The notes beneath the pieces were generated by a model. That model made no database searches. It had not been told where the DNA came from and was given only the letters and a program-made list of their open reading frames with translations. Shown here piece after piece: positions 40,011 through 48,803 of a stretch of 64,000 nucleotides of DNA. Each line of letters starts with the position of its first letter. Positions within the stretch are counted from its first letter, which is position 1. Position numbers and translations under genes: made by a program. Source of the DNA: an uncultured bacterium (lineage in GTDB: Bacteria > Fidelibacterota > Marinisomatia > Marinisomatales > Marinisomataceae); contig CALSYL010000004.1 of NCBI GenBank assembly GCA_943841495.1, forward strand, positions 173,592 through 237,591, written 5' to 3'.

Positions 40011-40038
40011 CAAATTCAAATTATTTGTAGATTGTAAT

Positions 40039-40902
40039 ATGACATTTTTAAAAAAGACAATAAGCCATAATCAAAAGATAGAGCTTTACAAATTCACTGG
40101 AGAAAGTTTTGTTAATCTACCTGAGAATTATCATAATGAAGATGCTGTAAAAGTATGCTTTCTAGATCTTGAGACAACTGGCCTTAATAAGCAACAATGT
40201 AAAATCATTGAATTTGCAGCAAAGTTAACTGCAATTGATAAAAATAGTGGAGAACTATTGGGGGTTATTAATAGTTATCAATCATTCAATGACCCAGAAG
40301 AAAGCATCGGAGCAGAAATTACCAGAGTAACAGGTATTACAGACGATGATGTAAAGGGACATTCTTTAGATTGGGAGTTGGTTTCTACATTAATAGGAAA
40401 TGCTGACATCATTGTTGCTCATAATGCTAATTTTGATCGTGCTTTTATGGATAGGTATTTGCCACTTTCAAAAGATAAAGTGTGGGTATGTTCTGTAAAT
40501 GATATTAATTGGACTGAGCGAGGTTTTGGTGCTAAAGGTCAGGAAATTTTATGTATATGGCACGGTTTCTATTATGAATCACATCGTGCGATGTATGATG
40601 TAGATGCACTAATTCATTTAGTAACACATGATATTGAAGGAGTAAGCAAAGCATCGTTAGAGCTATTAGAAAATGCAGCAAATCCAAGCTACATAATTGC
40701 CGCTTTAAACAGCCCTTTTGAAACCAAAGATATTCTAAAGGCCAGAAAGTATCGCTGGAATCCAGAAAAAAGATACTGGTGGAAAAAAGTACTATTTGAA
40801 GAAATTGAAATTGAAAAAGAATGGATGGCTGATAATATTTACAACGGTCATTTTCAAGGCAAGGTTGATGAAATTGGCTTTACAGAAAAGTATAAAAATT
40901 AA
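40039..40902 (+). CDS. DEDDh (DnaQ-like) 3'-5' exonuclease with an extra C-terminal Lys/Trp-rich module
   Basis: ExoI FLDLETTG, ExoII AHNANFDRAF, ExoIII HRAMYDVDAL. The C-terminus contains LKARKYRWNPEKRYWWKK. I moved the start to the ATG at 40039 because the track start lies inside tRNA-Pro. Confidence 0.75.
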   Translation: MTFLKKTISHNQKIELYKFTGESFVNLPENYHNEDAVKVCFLDLETTGLNKQQCKIIEFAAKLTAIDKNSGELLGVINSYQSFNDPEESIGAEITRVTGITDDDVKGHSLDWELVSTLIGNADIIVAHNANFDRAFMDRYLPLSKDKVWVCSVNDINWTERGFGAKGQEILCIWHGFYYESHRAMYDVDALIHLVTHDIEGVSKASLELLENAANPSYIIAALNSPFETKDILKARKYRWNPEKRYWWKKVLFEEIEIEKEWMADNIYNGHFQGKVDEIGFTEKYKN

Positions 40903-40995
40903 TATTTTGTTGTCCATTATTTAAAAGTTGCATAAAAAAATATGCAAGCATTCTAAAATATCAATATTGCAAAAAACAAATTAGAAGGACTATAT

Positions 40996-41130
40996 ATGGA
41001 TTATAAAAATAGCGTTTGGTTTAAAATAGAAAGATTTTTTGATAGGCATAATCATTTAATGGAGTTTATAAGAACTCTTATAGCATTACTTGTTTTATTT
41101 TTACAATTTTATATTTTAACAAGACTATAA
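40996..41130 (+). CDS. Candidate small membrane protein (44 aa), not in the ORF track
   Basis: GAAGGA SD 7 nt upstream of the ATG. Sequence MDYKNSVWFKIERFFDRHNHLMEFIRTLIALLVLFLQFYILTRL has a C-terminal TM helix. Confidence 0.35.
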   Translation: MDYKNSVWFKIERFFDRHNHLMEFIRTLIALLVLFLQFYILTRL

Positions 41131-41358
41131 TAAAAGTGAAAAAATTAGAAAATTCAAAGTGTCCAAAGGTTAAAAAATAAATAATTACAGTTATTATGAA
41201 GCCAAAAAATCTTTACTTGTCATTTTAAGGGTAAAGTTAATAAGATTATATTATTTGAAAATTATAAATCCTAAAAACAAAGTAATCATCTGTATTAATA
41301 GCATTAATACTTAATGACAAATCATACCACAGAATATTATAGTTTAGTAATTTAACTT

Positions 41359-41802
41359 ATGTATTTATTGTTCCTAGTTTTTCTTACACAGGTTACTCTA
41401 GCACAAGAGAATTTAGAAATTTCACTAAGTTTGACAGTAGTTAATTACAATGAATTGTTAAAAAATAATAATATTTTTATCTTAAATAATAGTTTAGAAC
41501 CATATTCTGGCGATGTATTTGTATCTGATTCTTTGAACAAAATCATTTTAAAAGGAAGTATGAATAATGGAAAAGCTGTTGGAGAATGGACACATTTTTT
41601 TGAAGATGGCAACGTGCACGCTTTTTTTAATATAGAAAATAATAAATTGAATGGAGAATTTAAGGAATATTACCTAAATAATAATCTATACAAAGAGGGA
41701 AATTTTTTAAATGGGGAAATGGATGGAGTATGGAATTTATATAATTTAAATGGTCAACTTCTTTTTTCGATCGAATATGAAAATGGCAAGGTTAAATACT
41801 AG
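41359..41802 (+). CDS. Secreted MORN-repeat-variant protein (YwqK-like)
   Basis: Repeats of G.W..F/Y..NG.L (GEWTHFFEDGN, NGEFKEYYLNNNLYKEGNF, DGVWNLYNLNGQL). Signal peptide ending TLA|QEN. Confidence 0.7.
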   Translation: MYLLFLVFLTQVTLAQENLEISLSLTVVNYNELLKNNNIFILNNSLEPYSGDVFVSDSLNKIILKGSMNNGKAVGEWTHFFEDGNVHAFFNIENNKLNGEFKEYYLNNNLYKEGNFLNGEMDGVWNLYNLNGQLLFSIEYENGKVKY

Positions 41803-41815
41803 CTCTGAGTAATAA

Positions 41816-42019
41816 ATGAAGCATTTAAAAAATTCCAAATGGACAGCAATTAAAAAAATTAAAAATTGGCGTCACTTTGAAGTAATAAATATTTATAAAA
41901 AAGAAAAAAAAGTGGAAATGTTCTCTGTATGTGATAAAAAAATCAGAATTGAAGTTTCGTTTAAAGATTTAAAAAATCAAATGAAGTGGCATAGTGGCTG
42001 GGTTGAAATTGTAGATTAG
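41816..42019 (+). CDS. TIGR02450-like tryptophan-rich small protein
   Basis: 67 aa. SKWTA...W.HFEV...... W.SGW pattern. Confidence 0.65.
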   Translation: MKHLKNSKWTAIKKIKNWRHFEVINIYKKEKKVEMFSVCDKKIRIEVSFKDLKNQMKWHSGWVEIVD

Positions 42020-42049
42020 GATAATTATGTATATATTGGTGTTCATTGA

Positions 42050-42715
42050 ATGAAAGTAAAGCAAGAAAAAGTAAGAAAATTTTTATCTAAGCAGATTCAA
42101 GAACTTAGTAGTATCGTAGCTGATCTCGATGATCTCGTCACGGAAATTGGGACTGAATACTACAGGGTAGCAATTTTTGGTTCAGCAAGAATTCAAGAAG
42201 ATACTCCAGAATATAAAAGTGTTTATAATTTGGCAAAAAGTCTTGCGCAAAATGGAGCAGATATTGTTACTGGCGGTGGACCTGGATTGATGGAGGCTGC
42301 AAATGCTGGTGCCAAAGAAGGTAGCAAAAAAACAAAATCATTTGGATTGAGAATTGATTTACCATTTGAATCAGGTTTTAACGATCATATAGATATTAAA
42401 TTTTTTCATAAGAAATTCTCTTCTAGACTAGATGAATTTATGCGCATAAGCAATGCTGTAGTGGTAACTCCTGGTGGAATTGGCACATTGTTAGAGTTGT
42501 ATTATGCGTGGCAGCTTATGCAGGTTGGTCATATAAAAGAAAGGCCAATTATTTTAGTTGGAAAAATGTGGCAAGGATTGATTGATTGGATGAAAGAAAA
42601 TCCACTTAAAAAAGAATTGATAGATCAGAAAGATATCAATCAGATTCAAATTGTTGAAAAAATGGAAGATGTTGTTCTAATTCTCCAAAAAGAAATTGAA
42701 GCTTTTTATAAATAA
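42050..42715 (+). CDS. LOG-family (TIGR00730) nucleotide 5'-monophosphate nucleosidase-like protein
   Basis: GGGPGLMEAANAGA and TPGGIGTLLEL (PGGxGTxxE). Confidence 0.85.
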   Translation: MKVKQEKVRKFLSKQIQELSSIVADLDDLVTEIGTEYYRVAIFGSARIQEDTPEYKSVYNLAKSLAQNGADIVTGGGPGLMEAANAGAKEGSKKTKSFGLRIDLPFESGFNDHIDIKFFHKKFSSRLDEFMRISNAVVVTPGGIGTLLELYYAWQLMQVGHIKERPIILVGKMWQGLIDWMKENPLKKELIDQKDINQIQIVEKMEDVVLILQKEIEAFYK

Positions 42716-42724
42716 TAATTAAAA

Positions 42725-43753
42725 ATGCTTTCTTCTCAATTTTTAATTAGTCAAAAAAAATGTTGTGGTAATGGATGTAGAATGTGTCCATACGAACCTA
42801 GGCATATTAAAGGAAATACATCTCTTCAAAAAAGATGGAATGTTTCTGAAAAAAACCCGTATACTACTATAATGAATAAAATAAATATCCCAATGATTGG
42901 TCTTGGAACATGGCTCATTCCAAATGATGAAGTAGATAGCATTGTCAAAGATGCTATATCTTTAGGATACAAGCATATCGATACTGCCGAAGTATATCGC
43001 AATGAAGAAGGAATTGGAAAAGCATTAAAAGTATCAGGTATTCCTAGAGATGAAATCTATATTACTACTAAAATGTGGCCAGGTATGTTTGGACAAGAAG
43101 AGCCATTTCAAACGTTTAAAGGTGCTATTGAAGCATGCGAACAGAGTTTACAGTTATTGCAAGTTGATGAAATAGATTTGTACTTAATTCATAACCCTTT
43201 TGCAAAAGAAAATCGTTTAGAGTTGTGGGAAGCAATGCTGGAGTTAAAAAAGCAAGGCAAAGTCAAGCATGTAGGTGTTTCAAACTATAATGTCAAACAT
43301 ATTGAGGAAATTGAAGCAGCAGAATTAGAAATGCCATCTGCTAATCAAATTGAAATTCATCCTTGGCATGTTATTAAAACAGAATTAGCGCAATACATGG
43401 ATAAGCATGAAATATTACCTATTGCTTACTCAACCTTAGCCCCAATTCCTAATTGGAGAGAAGGATCACAGTGGAATGGAAAGCCAGAAGATATGAAGTC
43501 TGGGTCCATGCCATGTCAAGATATAGCTGATAGCTATAATGTTACTGTGCCGCAATTATTTTTAAAATGGGCTATTCAATTAGGGTATCCAGTATTACCA
43601 AAATCTGTTAAATATGATAGATTAAAAGAAAATTTAGATTTACATCATTTTGAAATTTCAAGAGTAGATATTAAAACTATTTCAAAAATTGCCAAAGATG
43701 ACCAAAAATGTTTAGCATGGTCTGGCGACTTTGATCCGTTAGAAGTGGAATAA
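42725..43753 (+). CDS. Aldo/keto reductase with a 49-aa N-terminal extension carrying CCGNGCRMCPY
   Basis: AKR core: GLGTW, IDTAEVYRNEEGIG, LIHNP and GVSNY. The AKR alone could start at the ATG at 42872. The extension is in frame and starts 9 nt after the upstream stop. Confidence 0.85.
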   Translation: MLSSQFLISQKKCCGNGCRMCPYEPRHIKGNTSLQKRWNVSEKNPYTTIMNKINIPMIGLGTWLIPNDEVDSIVKDAISLGYKHIDTAEVYRNEEGIGKALKVSGIPRDEIYITTKMWPGMFGQEEPFQTFKGAIEACEQSLQLLQVDEIDLYLIHNPFAKENRLELWEAMLELKKQGKVKHVGVSNYNVKHIEEIEAAELEMPSANQIEIHPWHVIKTELAQYMDKHEILPIAYSTLAPIPNWREGSQWNGKPEDMKSGSMPCQDIADSYNVTVPQLFLKWAIQLGYPVLPKSVKYDRLKENLDLHHFEISRVDIKTISKIAKDDQKCLAWSGDFDPLEVE

Positions 43754-43756
43754 ATT

Positions 43757-44512
43757 ATGGGCTATGGATATAACCCAATTGTTGGAAAAAACTGGCGTTA
43801 TAACCCTGAAAAAACTTTTAAAATAAGTAGATCAAAAATTGAACTATATTTTAATTGTCCTACCTGTTTTTATAAAGACGCCAAGCTCGGACTTAGAAAA
43901 CCTCCCATGCCAGGGTGGGCAATAAATAGCGCAGTAGACGCATTGTTAAAAAAAGAAATGGATATATGCCGAGCCAAAGACAGACCCCATGGAATTTTTA
44001 TTGAAAATGGATTAGACATCAAGCCATTTAAGCATGATGATATTGAGAAATGGCAAAATGCCTTTACTGGGATTCAATATAAAGATACAGAACATAATTT
44101 TCTCCTATATGGTGGCGTGGATGATATCATGGTTGATAAAGATGGTAAGCTAGTTGTTATTGATTTTAAAGCCACTGCAAAAGCAGCAGATATCCTTTCT
44201 TCAGCAAATGTGTATAATAATGGTGAATCATACAAAAGACAGTTAGAGATTTATAGCTGGCTCTTGCAAAAAAATGGTTTTGAAGTATCTACAAAAGGAT
44301 ACTTAATGTATTATAATGGAGAAGCTTCAAGACCGCACCTTGGAAAACAGATGCACTTTAGAAGAACATTAGTGCCATTTGAGTTAAATACAAGTTGGAT
44401 TAGTCCCATGATTTCAGAAATGTATGCTTGTCTTCAGAGGGATAAAATGCCCAAATATAATGATTCAAATTGTGAAGATTGCTTATACCTTAAAACTATT
44501 GCAACAATTTAA
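43757..44512 (+). CDS. PD-(D/E)XK nuclease, Cas4/RecB-like, with a Cys pattern suggesting a metal/Fe-S 'staple'
   Basis: D-x13-DFK (GGVDDIMVDKDGKLVVIDFK), QLEIY (QxxxY), N-terminal CPTC and C-terminal C-x14-CEDC. Confidence 0.6.
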   Translation: MGYGYNPIVGKNWRYNPEKTFKISRSKIELYFNCPTCFYKDAKLGLRKPPMPGWAINSAVDALLKKEMDICRAKDRPHGIFIENGLDIKPFKHDDIEKWQNAFTGIQYKDTEHNFLLYGGVDDIMVDKDGKLVVIDFKATAKAADILSSANVYNNGESYKRQLEIYSWLLQKNGFEVSTKGYLMYYNGEASRPHLGKQMHFRRTLVPFELNTSWISPMISEMYACLQRDKMPKYNDSNCEDCLYLKTIATI

Positions 44513-45207
44513 TCTTTTCTTATTGGCAAGTAAAACAGATAGCAATAAGGAATAAAAATCATTTCAATCCATAAAATATACCAAGGCCAAGTTGATATTG
44601 GGAAAATAGGATTATAAACAATTGTAACCGGTGCTTGTGTAAGAAAAAAGAAATTTTCACCCGTAAAATAGTTATAAGTCCCTACGGGTATGATAAGTAT
44701 ATTTAAAATAAGCAATGCAAATAGAATCGATTGCTTAGTGGCTCTCATCTTTAGTGCACTAATACACCACATTAAATTCACAATAATTAAAGAATGCTGA
44801 AAATGAGCAGTAAGATTAGAAGCAATATTATAGATGCCTCCATCTCCTGGAGTAATTATGCCCATAAAAGCTCCAGACATTCCAAAAAAATATGCTACGT
44901 AAAAAAAGTGAATATTTTTATTCCATAAGGCAACTATACTCGCAAAATATGCAAAGTGACATGGCTGTAATGGCATTTCTTTAGTCAATCTAAAATCATA
45001 TAATCCAGCTTCAGCTCCATTTACTCTTAAGATATAATCAACTATCTCTTGTAATAAAGATACAATAATAAGAAATGCTGTAAAGTATTGTATTTGATGT
45101 TCGTTAGCTTTTTTCCCGAACCAATATGTTGCAATCCATACTATGATCATTACAATAGTTATTAGATAATGGTGGGTTAGAAATTCTGGATAACTTGATG
45201 GTATCAT
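44509..45207 (-). CDS. Polytopic membrane protein (TIGR02206/YwaF-like)
   Basis: 232 aa, about 7 TM. The family call is from memory and is tentative. Confidence 0.5.
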   Translation of the reverse strand: MIPSSYPEFLTHHYLITIVMIIVWIATYWFGKKANEHQIQYFTAFLIIVSLLQEIVDYILRVNGAEAGLYDFRLTKEMPLQPCHFAYFASIVALWNKNIHFFYVAYFFGMSGAFMGIITPGDGGIYNIASNLTAHFQHSLIIVNLMWCISALKMRATKQSILFALLILNILIIPVGTYNYFTGENFFFLTQAPVTIVYNPIFPISTWPWYILWIEMIFIPYCYLFYLPIRKD

Positions 45208-45827
45208 TGTCTATAGCCAGATGGTTTTTCAAACATATAAATGATATCAATAGCTTCTGAGCGTGACATTCCACCAGGATTTAAACCTAATTCACCTTCT
45301 GGAATAGGATGATTTAATTCATTATAGTAATCTACCCAATGTTTAAATGGCTCATTAGTACCAGGTTCGTTAAATGTCATTGGATTTAAAGCAAGAATTT
45401 CTTGCGAAGAATCAGCTACTTTTAGTCCTTCATAGATAATTTCAGAACAATAATACGTATCATCAGTTAAATCAAAAATATAGTCATATTTTTTACCAAG
45501 AAGATTAGTAGATATATGCTCTACAGTATCATTAATCATATACTGGTAATCATTTTTTAAACGTCCTACTATCACCTTGTCACTACGATTTAAAAATTCT
45601 TCTAAAGTGGTTTCAATAACATAATCTCCAATAGCTTCTGTAAGAATAGTTTCTTGATAGGATGGACCAACGGCAGTGATAATAGCACAGTGAGATAATT
45701 GAGATCCATTATATCCTTGAGTGACAGCTTCGATTGCTTCGCAGGGTGGGCCACAGTCAAGATCTTGAAAGAAGATATCGCCTTCTCTGAAATGAAATAG
45801 AAGGTTGTTTAAGAAAAAGCCCGACAT
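45204..45827 (-). CDS. YiiX-family permuted papain-like (NlpC/P60 superfamily) enzyme. The N-terminus is probably cut off by a frameshift (see findings).
   Basis: EGDIFFQDLD..AIEAVTQGYNGSQLSHCAII and YYCSEIIYEGL are collinear with E. coli YiiX as I recall it. Confidence 0.7.
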   Translation of the reverse strand: MSGFFLNNLLFHFREGDIFFQDLDCGPPCEAIEAVTQGYNGSQLSHCAIITAVGPSYQETILTEAIGDYVIETTLEEFLNRSDKVIVGRLKNDYQYMINDTVEHISTNLLGKKYDYIFDLTDDTYYCSEIIYEGLKVADSSQEILALNPMTFNEPGTNEPFKHWVDYYNELNHPIPEGELGLNPGGMSRSEAIDIIYMFEKPSGYRQ

Positions 45828-45883
45828 AAAAAATAAAAAAACCTACCATGCCGATGAGATAGAGTTTTTTTGCTGACATACTT

Positions 45884-46216
45884 TTATGTGTTATCAACTA
45901 TTTTGATTTCTCTGCCTGTATACTCATATCGATCAGGGTCGGGCCAAGCTTTTGCTACATCATGCCAATTATCAGATGAGCCATATTCTGTTTTTCTACG
46001 CTCCATAGCTTCTTGATATTCAGCTTCAGTATTGTACCATAACTCTGCCATGCCACAGCATCCATTTTCAATATCTTCTTCAAAAAAAGTTAAAACATAT
46101 TTTAATGGTTTTAACACTTTTACCATATGTGGGGCGTGAATATTTTCCCAATGATCAAAGAAATTGGAACGCTTAATAGCGGTTCGATTTTGTATGAAAA
46201 GTACTTTTTTTATCAT
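45884..46216 (-). CDS. EthD-family (TIGR02118-like) small protein
   Basis: 110 aa. F..HW...HAP..... pattern. Tentative. Confidence 0.6.
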   Translation of the reverse strand: MIKKVLFIQNRTAIKRSNFFDHWENIHAPHMVKVLKPLKYVLTFFEEDIENGCCGMAELWYNTEAEYQEAMERRKTEYGSSDNWHDVAKAWPDPDRYEYTGREIKIVDNT

Positions 46217-46318
46217 AATTCTCTCCTTAACGCTTTAAAGATAACATCTTTTTTTTATTTACAACATCATTATTTGCTGCTTACATTGATAGTTCACTCA
46301 ATTTTAGGAGAAATAATT

Positions 46319-48784
46319 ATGTTTAAGAAAACCGTTATAACCATTTTTTTATTATCTTTTACTTTTGCTCAAAATGCAGTTGAAATTGAAGAAAACAAAC
46401 ATTTCAATTCATATCAAATTAATTTAGATCGCTTTAAGCAATTAAATGAAGATATAACTACACCAAATACTTATCGTACGGCAGCTGGATATCCAGGTCA
46501 CGAATATTGGCAAGTAAGAGCCGACTATGATATGAAGCTTCGAATTGATGATAATAAGCAAAGACTTTACGGGGAAGAAACTGTAACCTTTTATAACAAT
46601 TCACCTGATGCGCTAAACTATTTATGGATGGAGTTAACACAAAATGTTAGAGCATTAGATTCAGACTCCTACAAAATACAATCTACAGGTGATTTATCTG
46701 CACAGCGTGGTAATGAGAAGATGGTCATTGGAAGTACCGTATCATCTAGAACATTAGAAAACTTTTATAGGGATTTTGATGGCGGTTTCAAAATTCAATA
46801 TGTAAAAGACGAAAAAAATAAAAATGTTCCCTATACTATTAATAAAACAATGATGCGTATTGATGTTCCAGAGCCAATTCAGCCTGGAGAAACCTATAAA
46901 TTTAAAATTAAGTGGTGGTATAATATTAATGACCATATAAGAGATGGTGGAAGATCGGGGTACGAACATTTTGAAGAAGACGACAACTATATCTATACTA
47001 TTGCACAGTTCTTTCCAAGAATGTGTATGTATAACGATGTATATGGCTGGCAAAATAAGCAATTTTTAGGTCGTGGAGAATTCACATTAATCTTTGGAGA
47101 CTATGACGTAAAAATTACAGTCCCAGAAGATTTTGTTGTTGGTGCAACTGGAGCATTGCAAAATGCTGATGAAGTTCTTTCTGAAGAACAGATTACAAGG
47201 CTTGAAAAAGCAAAGAAATCAAAAGAGCCAGTGTTGATTGTTACTGTAGATGAGGCATTAGAAAATCTAGAAACAAAAACAAGCAGACAAAAAACATGGC
47301 ACTTTAAAGCAGAAAATGTCAGAGACTATGCGTTTGCTGCTTCCAGAAGATATATATGGGATGCAATGGGAGTTGAAGTAGGCGACAAGACGGTGATGGC
47401 TATGTCCTACTATCCTAATGAAGCAAATCCTCTATGGGGACAATATTCCACAAAAGCTGTGGCACACACCGTTGATTTTTATTCAAAGTATACATTTGAT
47501 TATCCATACCCTGTTGCTATTTCAGCACACATTGATCGTATGGGGATGGAATATCCTATGGTCTCATTTAATGGATATCGTCCTGAAGAAGATGGTACAT
47601 ATTCTGAAAGAACAAAAAGAGGATTAATTGGAGTTATTATACATGAAGTTGGACACTTTTGGTTCCCGATGATTGTTAACTCAGATGAAAGACAATGGAC
47701 TTGGATGGATGAAGGGCTAAACTCATTCATGGATGATCTAGCTGGTAGAGCTTGGGATTCTGAGCTATTTCACCCAAGAAATAATCAAGACTACATTGTT
47801 AGATACATGCGAGGAGATAAATCAAATATTATGCCAATTATGACAAACTCTGAATCGATCTATCAATTTGGTGCGAATGCTTACGGGAAACCTACCGTTG
47901 CGCTAAATATTTTAAGAGACACTATTATGGGTAGAGAATTGTTTGATTTTGCATTTAAAGAATATTCCAGAACATGGATGTTTAAACACCCAACACCATC
48001 TGACTTTTTCAGAATAATGGAAAATGCATCTGGAGTTGATTTAGATTGGTTTTGGAGAGGATGGTTTTTTACCAATGACCATGTAGATTTATCCATTGAA
48101 GAGGTTGAATGGTTCCAGTTAGAGCTTGACCCTACAAATAAAAGAGCAGCAGAGAAGAAAGATAAAGAAGGTAAAAAGTACTATGCTGCAATGTTAGATG
48201 AGAAAGATATTAAACAAACTGTTACTGATAAAGATCCTAAGACAAGAGATTTCTATGATTCATATGATGAGTTTGCAGACATTACGGATGCTAGCGATCG
48301 CAGAAAATATGAAACCATGCTTAATGATGCTGACCTTTCAGATGAAATGAAAGCCAAGATCATGGAAAAAATGAGCGGGAAGAGCAAGTATGAAGAGCTA
48401 ATGGATGAATTATCTGACAATGAAAGAAAACTAGCTCAGCGCGATGATCACTTCTATAAAATTAAATTCAAAAATATTGGTGGATTAGTAATGCCATTAA
48501 TTATTGAAATGACTTTTGAAGATGGCTCCACAGATGTTGTAAGAGTTCCAGTTGAAATTTGGAGATTTAATAGACCTGAGGTATCAAAAGTATTTAAGAC
48601 TGAAAAGAAAGTAGTAAGTTTTATGCTAGATCCATTTAGAGAAACTGCAGATACTTTTAGAGACAATAATCATTGGCCACCTAAAAATGAACCTACATTA
48701 TTTGATATATATAAATATGATAGTTCATCTTGGTATGGCGGATCAAATCCAATGCAAAGAGCTAAGCAGCAAGAAGGCAAGTAG
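46319..48784 (+). CDS. Secreted M1-family (gluzincin) metallopeptidase
   Basis: HEVGHFWF plus WMDEGLNSF (HExxH-x18-E). Signal peptide ending TFA|QNA. Start moved to the ATG at 46319 (AGGAG SD), because the track start overlaps the EthD gene. Confidence 0.85.
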   Translation: MFKKTVITIFLLSFTFAQNAVEIEENKHFNSYQINLDRFKQLNEDITTPNTYRTAAGYPGHEYWQVRADYDMKLRIDDNKQRLYGEETVTFYNNSPDALNYLWMELTQNVRALDSDSYKIQSTGDLSAQRGNEKMVIGSTVSSRTLENFYRDFDGGFKIQYVKDEKNKNVPYTINKTMMRIDVPEPIQPGETYKFKIKWWYNINDHIRDGGRSGYEHFEEDDNYIYTIAQFFPRMCMYNDVYGWQNKQFLGRGEFTLIFGDYDVKITVPEDFVVGATGALQNADEVLSEEQITRLEKAKKSKEPVLIVTVDEALENLETKTSRQKTWHFKAENVRDYAFAASRRYIWDAMGVEVGDKTVMAMSYYPNEANPLWGQYSTKAVAHTVDFYSKYTFDYPYPVAISAHIDRMGMEYPMVSFNGYRPEEDGTYSERTKRGLIGVIIHEVGHFWFPMIVNSDERQWTWMDEGLNSFMDDLAGRAWDSELFHPRNNQDYIVRYMRGDKSNIMPIMTNSESIYQFGANAYGKPTVALNILRDTIMGRELFDFAFKEYSRTWMFKHPTPSDFFRIMENASGVDLDWFWRGWFFTNDHVDLSIEEVEWFQLELDPTNKRAAEKKDKEGKKYYAAMLDEKDIKQTVTDKDPKTRDFYDSYDEFADITDASDRRKYETMLNDADLSDEMKAKIMEKMSGKSKYEELMDELSDNERKLAQRDDHFYKIKFKNIGGLVMPLIIEMTFEDGSTDVVRVPVEIWRFNRPEVSKVFKTEKKVVSFMLDPFRETADTFRDNNHWPPKNEPTLFDIYKYDSSSWYGGSNPMQRAKQQEGK

Positions 48785-48803
48785 TATAACTACAGTTGAA
48801 AAG

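Noticed and set aside
39970-40038. The ORF-track N-terminal extension of the exonuclease (MGAGGRRFKSCHPDK...).
   Set aside because: It is translated from within tRNA-Pro. The real start is the ATG at 40039. Similar artefactual extensions were trimmed at 1629..1667 (through tRNA-Phe), 46127..46318 (overlapping EthD), 48687..48803, 50605..50694, 52487..52588 and 53984..54052.
39849-46216. Possible tRNA-targeted genomic island downstream of tRNA-His/tRNA-Pro.
   Set aside because: There is no integrase, recombinase or phage gene. By eye I could not find a direct repeat of the tRNA-Pro 3' end anywhere downstream. I kept only the weaker 'accessory-like operon' observation.
46319-48784. T9SS C-terminal sorting domain on the secreted M1 peptidase or the EEP lipoprotein, which would make them cargo for SprA.
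   Set aside because: Neither C-terminus shows the ~80-aa beta-sandwich CTD pattern. The M1 protein ends in a polar tail (...NPMQRAKQQEGK).
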